NCBI RefSeq assembly: GCF_001194135.2 | Contig: NC_068981.1 | Location: forward strand, 119,613,393 to 119,650,660 | Length of the DNA: 37,268 nucleotides | Origin: Octopus bimaculoides | Taxonomy: Eukaryota | Direction: 5' to 3' | Shown here: positions 23,754 through 35,143 of the stretch, one piece after another | Numbering within the stretch: position 1 is the first letter of the stretch | Layout: each line of letters begins with the position of its first letter | Made by a program: the position numbers and the translations under genes | The notes under the pieces: model-generated | What the model saw: only the letters and a program-made list of their open reading frames with translations | What the model was told of the DNA's origin: nothing | The model's database searches: none

Positions 23754-24094
23754 ATTAGTATCATGAAATCAATATTGGAAAATTCATCGGAAAGGTATAT
23801 ATACGTGTAGAGTAATTATTGTATTAAAATTATAAGTAAAGATATATGTAAATATGTAAAAGAATAAATGTATAATATAATAATATATATGTAAGTTTGA
23901 AAATTATCTTACGATCGTAAGTTAATTTAAAATATAATTCAAAATTTTTAAACTGACATATATATTATTATATTATACATTAATACTTATACATATTTAC
24001 ATATATCTTTACTTATAATTTTAATACAATAATTGCTCTACACATATATATACCTTTCCGATGAATTTTCCAATATTGATTTCATGATACTAAT
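23754..24094. repeat. AT-rich fold-back element with ~152-bp arms
   Basis: 23754-23905 is the reverse complement of 23943-24094 with few mismatches; the centre holds a nested palindrome (cttacga|tcgtaag). Confidence 0.92.
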
Positions 24095-24104
24095 AATAAT
24101 AATA

Positions 24105-24190
24105 ATAATCATCATCATTCATTTAACGTCCGCTTTCCATGCTAGCATGGGTTGGACGATTTGACTGAGGACTGGTGAAACCAGATGGCT
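24105..24190 (-). mobile_element. RTE-type LINE/SINE 3' tail
   Basis: (ATC)n followed by tttaacgtccgctttccatgctagcatgggttggacg, recognised from memory as an abundant octopus retroposon 3' end; not verified by search. Confidence 0.55.
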
Positions 24191-24724
24191 ATACCACGCT
24201 CAAAATGGTGCATTTTATGTGCCACCCGCACAAGAGCCAGTCCAAGGGCACTGGCAACGATCTCGCTCGAAAATCCCACGAAGGCTAGCCAGGCGGCACT
24301 GGCAACGGTCACGCTCAAAATGGTGCATTTCATGTGTCACCCGCACAAGAGCCAGTCCAGGGGCACTGGCAACGACCACGCCCAAAATGGTGCATTTCAT
24401 GTGTCACCCGCACATGAGCCAGTCCAAGAGCACTGGCAACGATCTCGCTCGAAAATCCCACGAAGGCTAGCCAGGTGGCACTGGCAACGGTCACGCTCAA
24501 AATGGTGCATTTCATGTGTCACTCGCACAAGAGCCAGTCCAGGGGCACTGGCAACGATCTCACTCGAAAATCCTACGACGGCCCCGCACAAGAGCCAGTT
24601 CAGGGGCACTGGCAACGATCTCGCTCGAAAAATTTCATGTGCCACCCGCACAAGAGCCAGTCCAGGGGCACTGGCAACGGTCTTGCTCGAAAAATTTCAT
24701 GTGTCACCCGCACAAGAGCCAGTA
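24189..24724 (+). repeat. Composite GC-rich minisatellite (~67-bp and ~48-bp units)
   Basis: Nine units; eight end in the anchor (g/a)gcactggcaacg and the ninth is truncated. Order A B A A B A, then hybrid units. Confidence 0.95.
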
Positions 24725-25079
24725 TATACATACATACATATATATATATATATACGCGCGCGCGAAAATATCGTTATTTGCACTATGCACAAGATCTGAA
24801 GCGATAATTTGCATATTTATTGTTAATAAGTTCAAGCAGACTCGAAAGCAAATATGCTACTCGCTATTGTGTATGTCAAAGAACTTCTCCCTTTTACGAC
24901 GGCTATGAGTTCCTCATCGGCTCGTTGGTACTAAGGATGACATCAATTCCTTTTAGTCAGAACTACATTCACCAAGCTTCATGGAAAAGAAGCATTTTCT
25001 TTTAGGTACTATCTTTAACTCTCTCTCTCTCACACACACACACTCATGCATACATACATTTATGCATACATATGTATAC

Positions 25080-25084
25080 ACACA

Positions 25085-25178
<94 letters not shown>
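25080..25178. repeat. (CA)n microsatellite
   Basis: Read directly. Confidence 0.98.
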
Positions 25179-25181
<3 letters not shown>

Positions 25182-26944
25182 CATATTTTTTATCTTTGGG
25201 TTTTTTCCTAGAAGACTTGTCGATTGCAGTAACACAGTATTATTCCTGAAATTGGATAGAGTATCCAAGTAGATAGAACTGTACACAACATAATGTAACA
25301 TAATGCATATTATGTTACACTATATTCTCTGATGGGAAAATTATTTTTGTTTTATTTTCATTTCTGTTTACTGATTTGGACAGAGCTGTGCTTCTTACGC
25401 GTCTGAAACAGCTGTAATGAACCTTAACTCGTCTGTATTCTTTCTTTCTTCCTATCTTTCTTTCTTTCTTTCTTTCCGCACACACACACACACACGTATA
25501 TATAGTGGTATAGTGGATGTGCATTTTATTGTCTTGGAAGAATTTTTGATATCCTTCTGATTGAGAAATTCTTAATGCATTTGTAATTCAAATCGATCTC
25601 CTTTTAAGTCCCGAGAAAGAAAGCAAACACCAATAACCTACAGGAAAAAGATGCAAAAGAATAAAAAGAAAACCTATGTTGATCTCTTCTATATAGTGGT
25701 TGATTCGACTTTTGCATAGTAATTTGTTTTAGAGTACTGTAGAAGAACTAACAAGAGATAAATTCTTCCGCTAGAAAAATTGCCTTCGTTTTATTTGTTT
25801 TATTTTTTTTTCCATTCAAAGAGCACGTCACTTGAATAACTTTTGAGTTTTCGTCTTAGATCAGTCACTATGACCGTTGAAATCTAAGATTCTGCAAGTT
25901 TAAACTCGATGTTTGCATTCGGTCAACACTATAGAGAAAATGTAATTCAGAAGTAGAATGCAAACTGATATCTTAAAAGAACAACCACTGGAATCAGAAG
26001 TGGTGTAAAATTCATTTCTTGTCATTTAAACTGCTGTTACTATTTCACAATAAATAAATGTCACATAATCCCATTTCCCATTATTGTAAACCTGATGTGT
26101 TGAGAGTATTTAAGAGAGCTTTTGTATGTAATGTAAGGAAATATGAAGATCGAATAACAAGTTAAGGGGGATTGTTTTTCATAAATAATACACAATCTTT
26201 CGATAACCTAAAACGGCGAGATAGAACTTCGGCCATGGTATTTTAAAGTACAGGCAATCTGAGTGTTACGGCTACCTTAAGTTACGGAATTTCACGCTTA
26301 GGTAAATTTTAAGGTATGACCATTAATTTCGTGATACAACATCTTCTAAGGTAAAAATGTACTCTTACGACATTACGGTTCTTATTAATTCCCTAACATG
26401 TTCCTCTTGAAATGCTTTTGTGCTTTTATGTATCCATATTGTACCGTGTATGGTTAGAAATTATTTTCATGCATAAAAATGACAATGTTGCTTATTCTCA
26501 GTTGTTTTCTTGTGTTTTTTCTTTTTCAAAAAATCCTTTGGAACGCAGTCTCATTTGATAATATGAAAATCAATAGGAAAATTAATTTCGTATTATAGAA
26601 TTTCGGGATATTCAGGAACGCATTACTTTATATATATTCCTTTATATAGTTTTATGTCCTGTCATTCTGTGTCCAAATCCTAACGAGACGATTTTTGCCT
26701 GTCACCCCTTCGTGAGAGACAAAATAAGTTCCAGTAATAAATCATAGCTACAGTCATCCATTCCTGGTCGGCAAAATAGTTCAGTACGAAGTGAGAAGCT
26801 ATATCTCTCATTTATAACTGTAAATGACATTAATCTCAAGAAATCAGTTTAACTCTCTCAACACAAAGTTGCTCTCTTTCCGAGTTCAATTTGTGAATGC
26901 GTGTATATATATATATATATCACGGTATATATATATCCAGACAA

Positions 26945-27218
26945 TCAGACGTTGTTATACATCGCTTGTCACAATGCACTTCGCATTGTTTTAGTCTTCG
27001 AATAATGCCACGCTGCTGGCTAGGCGAGCAGGCCACCATTCTCCCTGATAGGAAGGCTTCCCCGCCACAGGATTTCCCATTTACAGCTGAGGGGACTGGA
27101 GTAGTGTGAAATGAAGTGCTTTGCTCAAGAACAGAACGCGCCGCCCAGTTCAGGAATCGAACCCACGATCTAGTAATCACGAGTGCAATATCTTAACCAC
27201 TAGGCCACGAGCCTTCAC
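26945..27218 (-). mobile_element. tRNA-derived SINE, family 3
   Basis: Minus strand has A box TGGCCTAGTGG (27197-27207) and B box GGTTCGATTCC (27153-27163), then gttcttgagcaaagcactt...ccagtcccctcagctgtaaatggg, resembling conserved SINE central domains (domain type not determined). Confidence 0.8.
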
Positions 27219-27219
27219 G

Positions 27220-27411
27220 TATGTGTGTGTGTACGTGCGTCTGTGTGTGAGTGTGTACGCGTGTGTATGTGTATATGTATGTGTATATGTATATATGTAT
27301 GTATATGTATGTATGTGTGTGTGTATGTATGTATGTATGTATGTATGTATGTATGTATGTATGTATGTATGCATGTATGTATGTATGTATGTATGTATGT
27401 ATGTATGTATA
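27220..27411. repeat. (TG)/(TATG)n microsatellite
   Basis: Read directly. Confidence 0.97.
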
Positions 27412-27542
27412 TACGAGTTAATTCGTTTCGGAGAACGCTCGTAACGCAAAAACCCGTAAACAAAAAATAAAAATCGTAAACCCAGGGTCTCTTAAATCGG
27501 CTCCTCGTAAAGTGGAGTATTGCTATATATGTTTTTTAAATG

Positions 27543-27787
27543 ATTAATACTGAAGACGGAGTATAATTAGAAGCATTTATTTGCACATATAACCTGTAGC
27601 GAAAATGAAATGTAAATCTGTTAACATTTGAAACATGCGACGTCACCTGAGGAGATTCTTTTGCACTGTGCGTTGTATCTGATGTCATTACAACGTCCCA
27701 CGCCCACTAGAGAGCAGTGTAGAATGAAGCCGAAACGATTGTTGTGCGAATAAATGCTTCTAATTATACTCCGTCTTCAGTATTAAT
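27543..27787. repeat. 45-bp inverted repeats enclosing a hammerhead-like core
   Basis: attaatactgaagacggagtataattagaagcatttatttgcaca (27543-27587) versus 27743-27787 shows one mismatch. Confidence 0.9.
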
Positions 27788-28344
27788 AATTTAAAATATG
27801 CCCTACGCGTACCTCGGAATTCCGGACGTAGAGCCAACGACGAACGCACAATAACGCTGATGACACCTGGCAGCCATTAGTGGTGAACGTGCTCTGCAGG
27901 CACACTACCTGGGAGTTACCTCGAAACAAGATTTAGATACTCCATTTAACGCCTCCTTTCTAAATCTTAGTTATTTAGTATACTAAATTTAACTTTAAAT
28001 ATATATAATACAGCTTTAAATATATATAATAGAAACAGGTTTCAAAGAAAAAATGACTGCACGTGGTATAAGTAAGGGGTAAAGTAAAAAGAAAAAAAGA
28101 AAATGCACACTAGGTATAAAAGTAATGGCTTTTTAAAAATAAAAACAAAGATATATACATACAAATATATATTGACTCATAATAATGATTTTTATACTTC
28201 TTTATTCCACCTCAAATCATTTATTTGTATGTATATATCTTTGTTCTTATATAAAAAAAAAACCATTACTTTTATACCTAGTGTGCATTTTATGTTTTTA
28301 TTTTTACTTTACTCCTATATATATATTTATATATATTCTTTTAT

Positions 28345-28805
28345 TCTTTCATTTGTTTCAGTCATTTGACTGCGGCCATGCTGGACCACCGCCTTTAGTC
28401 GAACAAATCAACCCTAGTACTTATTTTTTGTAAGCCGAGTACTTATTCTATCGTCTCTTTTGCCGAACCGCTAAGTTACGGGGACGTAAACACACCAACA
28501 TCGGTTGTCAAGCGATCNNNNNNNNNNNNNNNNNNNNNNNNNNNNNNNNNNNNNNNNNNNNNNNNNNNNNNNNNNNNNNNNNNNNNNNNNNNNNGGGGGG
28601 TGGACAAACACAGCCACACAAACATACACACACATATATATATATGACAGGCTTCTTTCAGTTTCCATCTACTAAATCTACTCACAAGGCTTTGGTTGGC
28701 TCGAGGCTATAGTAGAAGATACTTGCCCAAGGTGCCACGCAGTGGGAATGAACCGGAATCATGTGATTGGTCAGCAAGCTACTTACCACACAGCCACTCC
28801 AGCGT
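28345..28805 (-). mobile_element. SINE family 1, near full length, spans a gap
   Basis: Collinear reverse complement of 35913-36271 and includes the 3' tail. Confidence 0.9.
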
Positions 28806-28834
28806 AGAGCAGTAATGGATTAAATGTAGTTAAC

Positions 28835-28970
28835 TTAATGTCCGATCATAGAGTGACCAATGGTTTCGCATCCACAAAGGCCTTAGCCTCGTCAGAGTCT
28901 GATGAGATGTCTGCGAGGCTAAGGCCTTTGTAGATGCGAAACCATTGGTCACTCTATGACCGGATATTAA
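28835..28970. repeat. Fold-back with ~61-bp arms and 13-nt loop
   Basis: 28835-28896 versus 28910-28970: three substitutions and one 1-nt indel. Confidence 0.95.
28891..28960 (+). ncRNA. Type I hammerhead ribozyme motif (predicted)
   Basis: Stem I agagt/actct (plus gtc/gac beyond a 2-nt bulge); CTGATGA 28899-28905; stem II closed by G28906-C28937; GAAA 28938-28941; stem III ACC-att-GGT; GUC cleavage triplet 28948-28950. Confidence 0.8.
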
Positions 28971-29609
28971 CTTAATTACTTTATATATATATATATATAT
29001 ATATNNNNNNNNNNNNNNNNNNNNNNNNNNNNNNNNNNNNNNNNNNNNNNNNNNNNNNNNNNNNNNNNNNNNNNNNNNNNNNNNNNNNNNNNNNNNNNNN
29101 NNNNNNNNNNNNNNNNNNNNNNNNNNNNNNNNNNNNNNNNNNNNNNNNNNNNNNNNNNNNNNNNNNNNNNNNNNNNNNNNNNNNNNNNNNNNNNNNNNNN
29201 NNNNNNNNNNNNNNNNNNNNNNNNNNNNNNNNNNNNNNNNNNNNNNNNNNNNNNNNNNNNNNNNNNNNNNNNNNNNNNNNNNNNNNNNNNNNNNNNNNNN
29301 NNNNNNNNNNNNNNNNNNNNNNNNNNNNNNNNNNNNNNNNNNNNNNNNNNNNNNNNNNNNNNNNNNNNNNNNNNNNNNNNNNNNNNNNNNNNNNNNNNNN
29401 NNNNNNNNNNNNNNNNNNNNNNNNNNNNNNNNNNNNNNNNNNNNNNNNNNNNNNNNNNNNNNNNNNNNNNNNNNNNNNNNNNNNNNNNNNNNNNNNTATA
29501 TATTACACACACATACAGACGCACACACTTGTGTGTGTGTGTGTGTGTAATCACTATGCAAGACTGTGGAGTTTCCAGTATGAATTATAAACTAAAGGGG
29601 TGAAAAATT

Positions 29610-31400
29610 TATGCATGGATAAACAATATTCTTAGTTTTGCTAAGATGGAAGACAATCACGATTTCCGACTGTTGTATAGCTGCAACATAAAGCTGAACA
29701 TGTGAAAAGGTAGGACCTACCATGTTCAGATCTCATGAAATTGAAATAGCAATTTATCTCACTTCAGTGGTATTGTGGAAATAAAACAACTGCTACTATC
29801 AAATCTCCTGCTATCATTATAACCTCCTGTACATGAGGCCTCATATTTTTAGTGGTAAGATTTGTGCTACTTTTGGAGGATCTAGGTTACGAAGTAGCAT
29901 AGTTTATGCTTCAAGCTCAAACATTAGAACATGCGGATGAATTCCAGCTGGTTCAAAATTGTTCTAACTTTCGATTGGATAATTTAAAGCACAGTCCTTC
30001 GAAGAGGCTCTGTCCATTAGTTTGTAACAGCTTTTATCTTCGGCAGTATATTAGTAACCCTTCTGTTGATTTTTCCCAACGATATGTTTTGATGATAGGA
30101 TTGCTCATTCACTGGCCCATTTAGGACAGTATTATCTGATGCGAATACTAGGAAAGGCTCGATTAATCAGTTCCTGTTATGTTCCAGTGATATGCTCTAA
30201 GTATACTGCTCTAAAGTAGGATACAAGCTTTTAAAGAAGTCTGTATCCTACTTTGAGTAGATGATTGGCAAATTCATCAACAGTATCACCACCAGTCAAA
30301 CATTTGTTGCACATACAACCAGAGATAAGAGGTTTTTAAACAGGCATTGATCTGATCAGCGCAGTTCTCACGAGGAATTACAGAGAGAGTTTGCCTAAAA
30401 TCACTAGTAAGAAATATTGCAATTTCTCTTGCTATATATGTGTTATCTCGCAGATCCTGCATTGTCGGCTCCAAGACATCAGTTGCTCACTTCTGGCTTA
30501 TGGCTGCTTCATCTCAGATGATCAGCTTGCATCGTTACAGGAGATTCCACATGGTGGAGTTCTTCAGACTTTACACAGATATTGTTCATGTCATGCAATG
30601 CGGTCAGTTATTCCACAACCCAGAAACGTTGCTGCAATTCTACTTGAAGTCACCACTAAGACATTATGTTACCATTGATTAAATTCTTGTATCCCAAGAA
30701 AATGCCTTTCTTGTGCTATCAAAGGTATCAATGAAGAAAAAATCTCTCTTTGCTATTATGATGCAATTATAAGCATATCTCAGGCCATCGATATTCATTT
30801 GCAGCCATAAAATCACCAAAGCCTGAATATTGTAGTTTGTCTCCTGAAATTTTTCATGGGCTACTTCTAAATTTCTATATATCCCAAGTATCTCACACAT
30901 AATCAATATCCTATTCACTGTATGTACTCAACGTAACAGGTCGCGGAGAGCTTGATTGTAAATGCCAGGGCAAACCTTCACGTACACATTGACATTCTGT
31001 TTTTAGCTTGGTTCAGATTGTCTTTTGAGATATTGCTTTTGTACTCATACAAGAGCAGATTCCATATGTAATGCAATTAGTAGCAAAAAAACTTTCATAT
31101 AACTTGCCATGTGAGTGATTGCTGCTTTTTCCAGAATTTGTTTCTAATGCCAACCGTCACAAAACATTCCATGAAGACTGTATGATATATTGTGTAGCTC
31201 TACGAAGGAATACATAAATGTAACAGGTCCCCTGAAAGAAATTCTATTTGCGGCAACAAACAGTTCAAATAAAGACAGGCCGAATGATAGGATCTATTCA
31301 GTTGCAGTATTGAGAAAACCGGGGTTGATCTTCATAGGGTTATTTCCTTCACTAAACCACCCCACCCCGCCCAAGAAATGCAAATGAAATTATACATAAT
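29610..31400 (-). mobile_element. Helitron Rep/PIF1-helicase remnant, heavily decayed
   Basis: Minus-strand pieces FFFIDTFDSTRKAF (Walker A region), VTSSRIAATFLG, CKLII*DEAA (Walker B), DFRQTLSVIPR..DQINACLKTSYLW, MLLRNLDPPK, FSHVQLYVAA and KTKNIVYP. Confidence 0.9.
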
Positions 31401-33699
31401 CATTTGGAAAACAAAATTCTATCAGTCTTAGCGAAATGGAAAAAAAGAGGGAACGAACATGAAAAAAAGCCCCCCCCCCAAGTTGCAAATAAATATAATA
31501 TCAACATAATATCAATAAAAAATATAATATAGAAGTTTAATATCAATAAAATATAATATTAACAAAAATAGAGACATACTGGAGACAAAAGAAAAGCTTA
31601 AACAGATCATATCAGGAAAAGCAGGTAGGATAAATAGCTTTGGAAAACCCGATCTTTCCTAACAAAATATGACATTTCAAATACCAAAATATTCTTCAGG
31701 GATATTTAAAAGAAAATACAACACTGGAGAATAGATCTAACTGAAGCATGCTGGGAGGGAATATAGAAGAAAGACAGTCAACACAATGAAAAAGCGCAAT
31801 AGAGCAAAATGGAAGAGAAACAATGAGAAACAAAGTCCACTATAATCAGTAAGCAATACATGAAGAACTACAAGTAATTAGAAAACACTATCCCTACTTT
31901 CTGGCTAAAGCACTTGACAGTTACCAATAGATATATAGTAGTGGTTACCAACAGATATATAGCAGTAGTTTTCAGTGAAATGCCAAACAAACCAGAATCA
32001 ACGCTTGATTGGCTGTTGTTGGATGGTGGTGGTGGTGGTGGTGGGGACAACATTAATAATTCAAGATGAAAAGATCAGTATGTCCTATGCGTGGCTGTCA
32101 AAAGCAGCTACTGGTGAGTCGAGCCATTAAAGAAAACAGTTAAAATAGGAAAACAAACCTTAAAATAACCTGGATTGATTACTGAAAAGTATTTGAATAT
32201 TATTCTATACTATATTGGAGACACTCTCTGTAAATATACAACTCCAGTATTAACAAAGTACAACATATAACTCTTGGTAAAATGACAAACAACAATATCA
32301 GTACAAAACAAAGAGAACGCAAATCCACTTGATTCAGACTACCATCTAAAAATACCCATCTGCATCCTCTGATCTGGAGGTATAAAGCATCCCACGTCCT
32401 CTAGATAAGCTTGTTGCTAGTCATAATGGACTTTCCGTGTGTGTTTTTTCGTCACTAATTTATTTTCTGAGTGACTTTTGAATTCTACTCCAGTTTCCTT
32501 CTATCTAATCAACATATCGTCCACTTCACCTCCTTCTGACATTCATTAGTTCTAGCAGGATCACGTTCGTGCTTCGAACGACCGTAATCTCATGTTGTCC
32601 CAACAGGTGGGTCTTTTTGATGTGTCTTATAGGTTATTGTTTTGGTCTCATTCTTTTCTTTTTGGTCTTTCCCTTCTTCTTGCCTTCCGGATTAATAGAT
32701 TCTGCTCTTAAGTCTATATTTTCTCTTCAACGTTGCAAGATAAGGGAGAGTATTAGTGATAGAGGAGCCTATCCGCTTCCTGGTCGCCGGCTCCCCTTGT
32801 GAAGGAAGTTATTTTCCAGCTTGCTATCTACAGAGCTGCGACCGGTGCTGCTCTAGCAGTAGTTTCAAGAACCTGTCATTGTTGTTTCTGCTTCTATCAT
32901 TGTTCGTCACATTCTTAGTTCTTCTGTTTTTCCCTCTTCTCTAAATAGAAATTCCTCAAGTGGTTTTTACAACAATACTTTTAACAACTTGGCTTCCAAT
33001 TCTAAACCACCAGTGTAATTGGTTTTCTTTTGGAAAGCAAAACGGGGTACAGTTCCGGAATATATTTGTGGTTATCATAATTTTCACATCCATATAAACC
33101 CCTTCCAAATACATGACATTTTATGCCACCTCCACATTCAACAAATGTATGTGATATAACACACTGGTAACAGGACGACAAGCCTGTCATTACCAAATCC
33201 GTGGCCGTCGCTCCAAATATCGTGGCACTCACCTGTGAGTAGTGGGTGGAACAATAACTCCGTTTGTTGCTTCGCTTTATCGTCGGGCTTAAAGATTAGA
33301 AACATGCTTCCACGCACGCTGTTTCAGTCAGTGACCTGGGCAACGTACCATATACCAACCAGGGTTTCTCCTAACTATTTCCTTGAGAACATATGAAAGT
33401 TTCTTCTGGTTTTTCAAAAAACAAACACGTTATTTCCTTCTTGCCCGTTACTGGTTGTATTTCGTGAGTTAGGCGGTACCGCCCTTTGTAAAATTTCCAA
33501 CATGTACTTTTATTTTCTAGAAACAGACCTAGAGCTATTGCCTCTATCTAATTAGGAATGCAACAAACCTGCTGCTATTGCTTTTAGTGCTAAATGTTGT
33601 TTGAATATAATTTTTTTTGGCTACTGACATTAAGCTTAAAGATTATATAATGTACAAGTATACAGAAAGGATTAAAGAAAAAAAGGACTCATTATATTG

Positions 33700-35143
33700 A
33701 ATGTTATCGATAGTATCGACTAGAAATAGGGGGTGCTGCAGTTCCGCAGTGCCTATACACGAGACGTCACTGCCCATGACATAAGTTAGAGAGCTATCGA
33801 CATGAGTTATTCAAATAATTGTTCGTAGCCCCCCCATTCCGATTTTTTTTTTAGTGGTATAATAGTTTCACTTTTCATATCACTATAGTTTCACTTTTAT
33901 TCTTACTCTGTATGTGTTTACTCTATACACGGCCAAACCGTTGGATCAATCTGTACCAAATTTGGCTGTCTGGAAATTACGTCGGTTTTGTTTTTTCGCT
34001 TTAAAAGTAAATGATTCTGGAACGCTTTTCAATTGTGATAATGAAACAAAAGGTTTAAAGAAAAAGAAACCATCAGGTTCCTAAATAACGAAAAGTCTTC
34101 ATACGGACACACGCTTATACACTGTAGGATATCTTTCAGTTTATACGATAAACTTTATAAATTTTAAAGTTCAATATTCTTGTGACATAAGTTAGAGATA
34201 TCGACATGAGTTATTCAAATAATTGTTCGTGGAATGGACCTAATAAAATTAGCTAGAGTACAATCGATATTTCATATTTAAATCCGATGTGACTATTTCT
34301 ACTTCGATTTTGGTCCTACCTCAGATTCGAAATCGAATCTACAATTTCTCCCTAGCCATACGGGCTATTGTTCTGCACGGCCAAACCGCTGGATCAATCT
34401 GTACCAAATTTGGCATGAAAGTTTTTCATTATTCGGGGAAGGTTCTAGGGATGGAGGTCACTAAATTTTAACTTTTTTTCAAAAACAGAAATGTTTTACA
34501 TACCTATCGTATACGTCGGTTTTGTTTTCTTTCGCTTTAATGCTAAACGATTCTGATAGAAGCAAACACGATATTGAATAATTCTCCGTCATGCGTCTAC
34601 CACCACACTTCTTTTTTGTAAAGATAAACGTTTTTTAATTGTGATAGCGAAACAAGAAGTTTAGTCCTTACCGCCAAAATTCATTTCTCTTCGGAAATAT
34701 AAGGGTGACCATGTCTTCATTCCACGGATCCCATTAATTCCATCTGACCTCCCCCATGAATTTCAACGGTTCCAATTCCCAGTGAAACTAAGTTTTGCTG
34801 TGTCCATAAACAAATCTCAAGCACAATCTCTCAACGTAGTTGAACTTAACTTTGATTCGCCTTGCTTCTTTCATGGGCAATTATATGTGGGATGTTTGCA
34901 AGTTGGAAGTCCCAAAACTCTCATTTTTTTGTACCCCAATTAAAGGACACACCGAAAACATTGTATATTTAGAAGTTCTACAAAAATAAACCGTGATTGA
35001 TTTCAGGATTTGTTTTAATAACTTTGTTTATACTCATGTCATCTAATAGACTTTTTCTGAAAATGTCTTTTCTATCAGAAGAAATATATTTATTTCCTTT
35101 AACATTCTTTAAACTTCCGAGCAACACCGGATACTTAGGCTAG
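33700..35143 (+). mobile_element. Non-autonomous Helitron-like element with duplicated internal modules
   Basis: Repeated blocks (33778/34182, 33927/34376, 33980/34513); helicase C-terminal remnant; 3' end ccgagcaacaccgg..CTAG|T at 35117-35144. 5' boundary approximate. Confidence 0.7.
34695..34989 (+). pseudogene. Helitron helicase C-terminal fragment
   Basis: KYKGDHVFIPRIPLIPSDLPHEFQRFQFPVKLSFAVSINKSQAQSLNVVELNFDSPCFFHGQLYVGCLQVG, then after a frameshift GHTENIVYLEVLQK*. Confidence 0.92.

Noticed and set aside
24160-24190. CTGAGGA-ctggt-GAAA-ccag motif
   Set aside because: Only 5 nt between the core halves, so no stem II; it is part of the retroposon tail.
24189-24724. CRISPR-like repeat/spacer appearance
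   Set aside because: The spacers are themselves repeated, the context is eukaryotic, and there are no cas genes.
24142-24908. Multiple overlapping 60-200 aa ORFs
   Set aside because: Open on both strands because of the GC-rich minisatellite; no domain signal.
26256-26303. Possible 48-nt exon (CAG|...AG|GTAAAT)
   Set aside because: Weak polypyrimidine tract, no recognisable peptide, and expected by chance.
27150-27215. tRNA gene
   Set aside because: A and B boxes are present, but there is no acceptor-stem closure and the sequence continues into a SINE body.
33227-33235. Strong minus-strand splice donor CAG|GTGAGT
   Set aside because: No convincing acceptor or coding exon found upstream; the ORF at 33002-33232 starts inside the putative intron.
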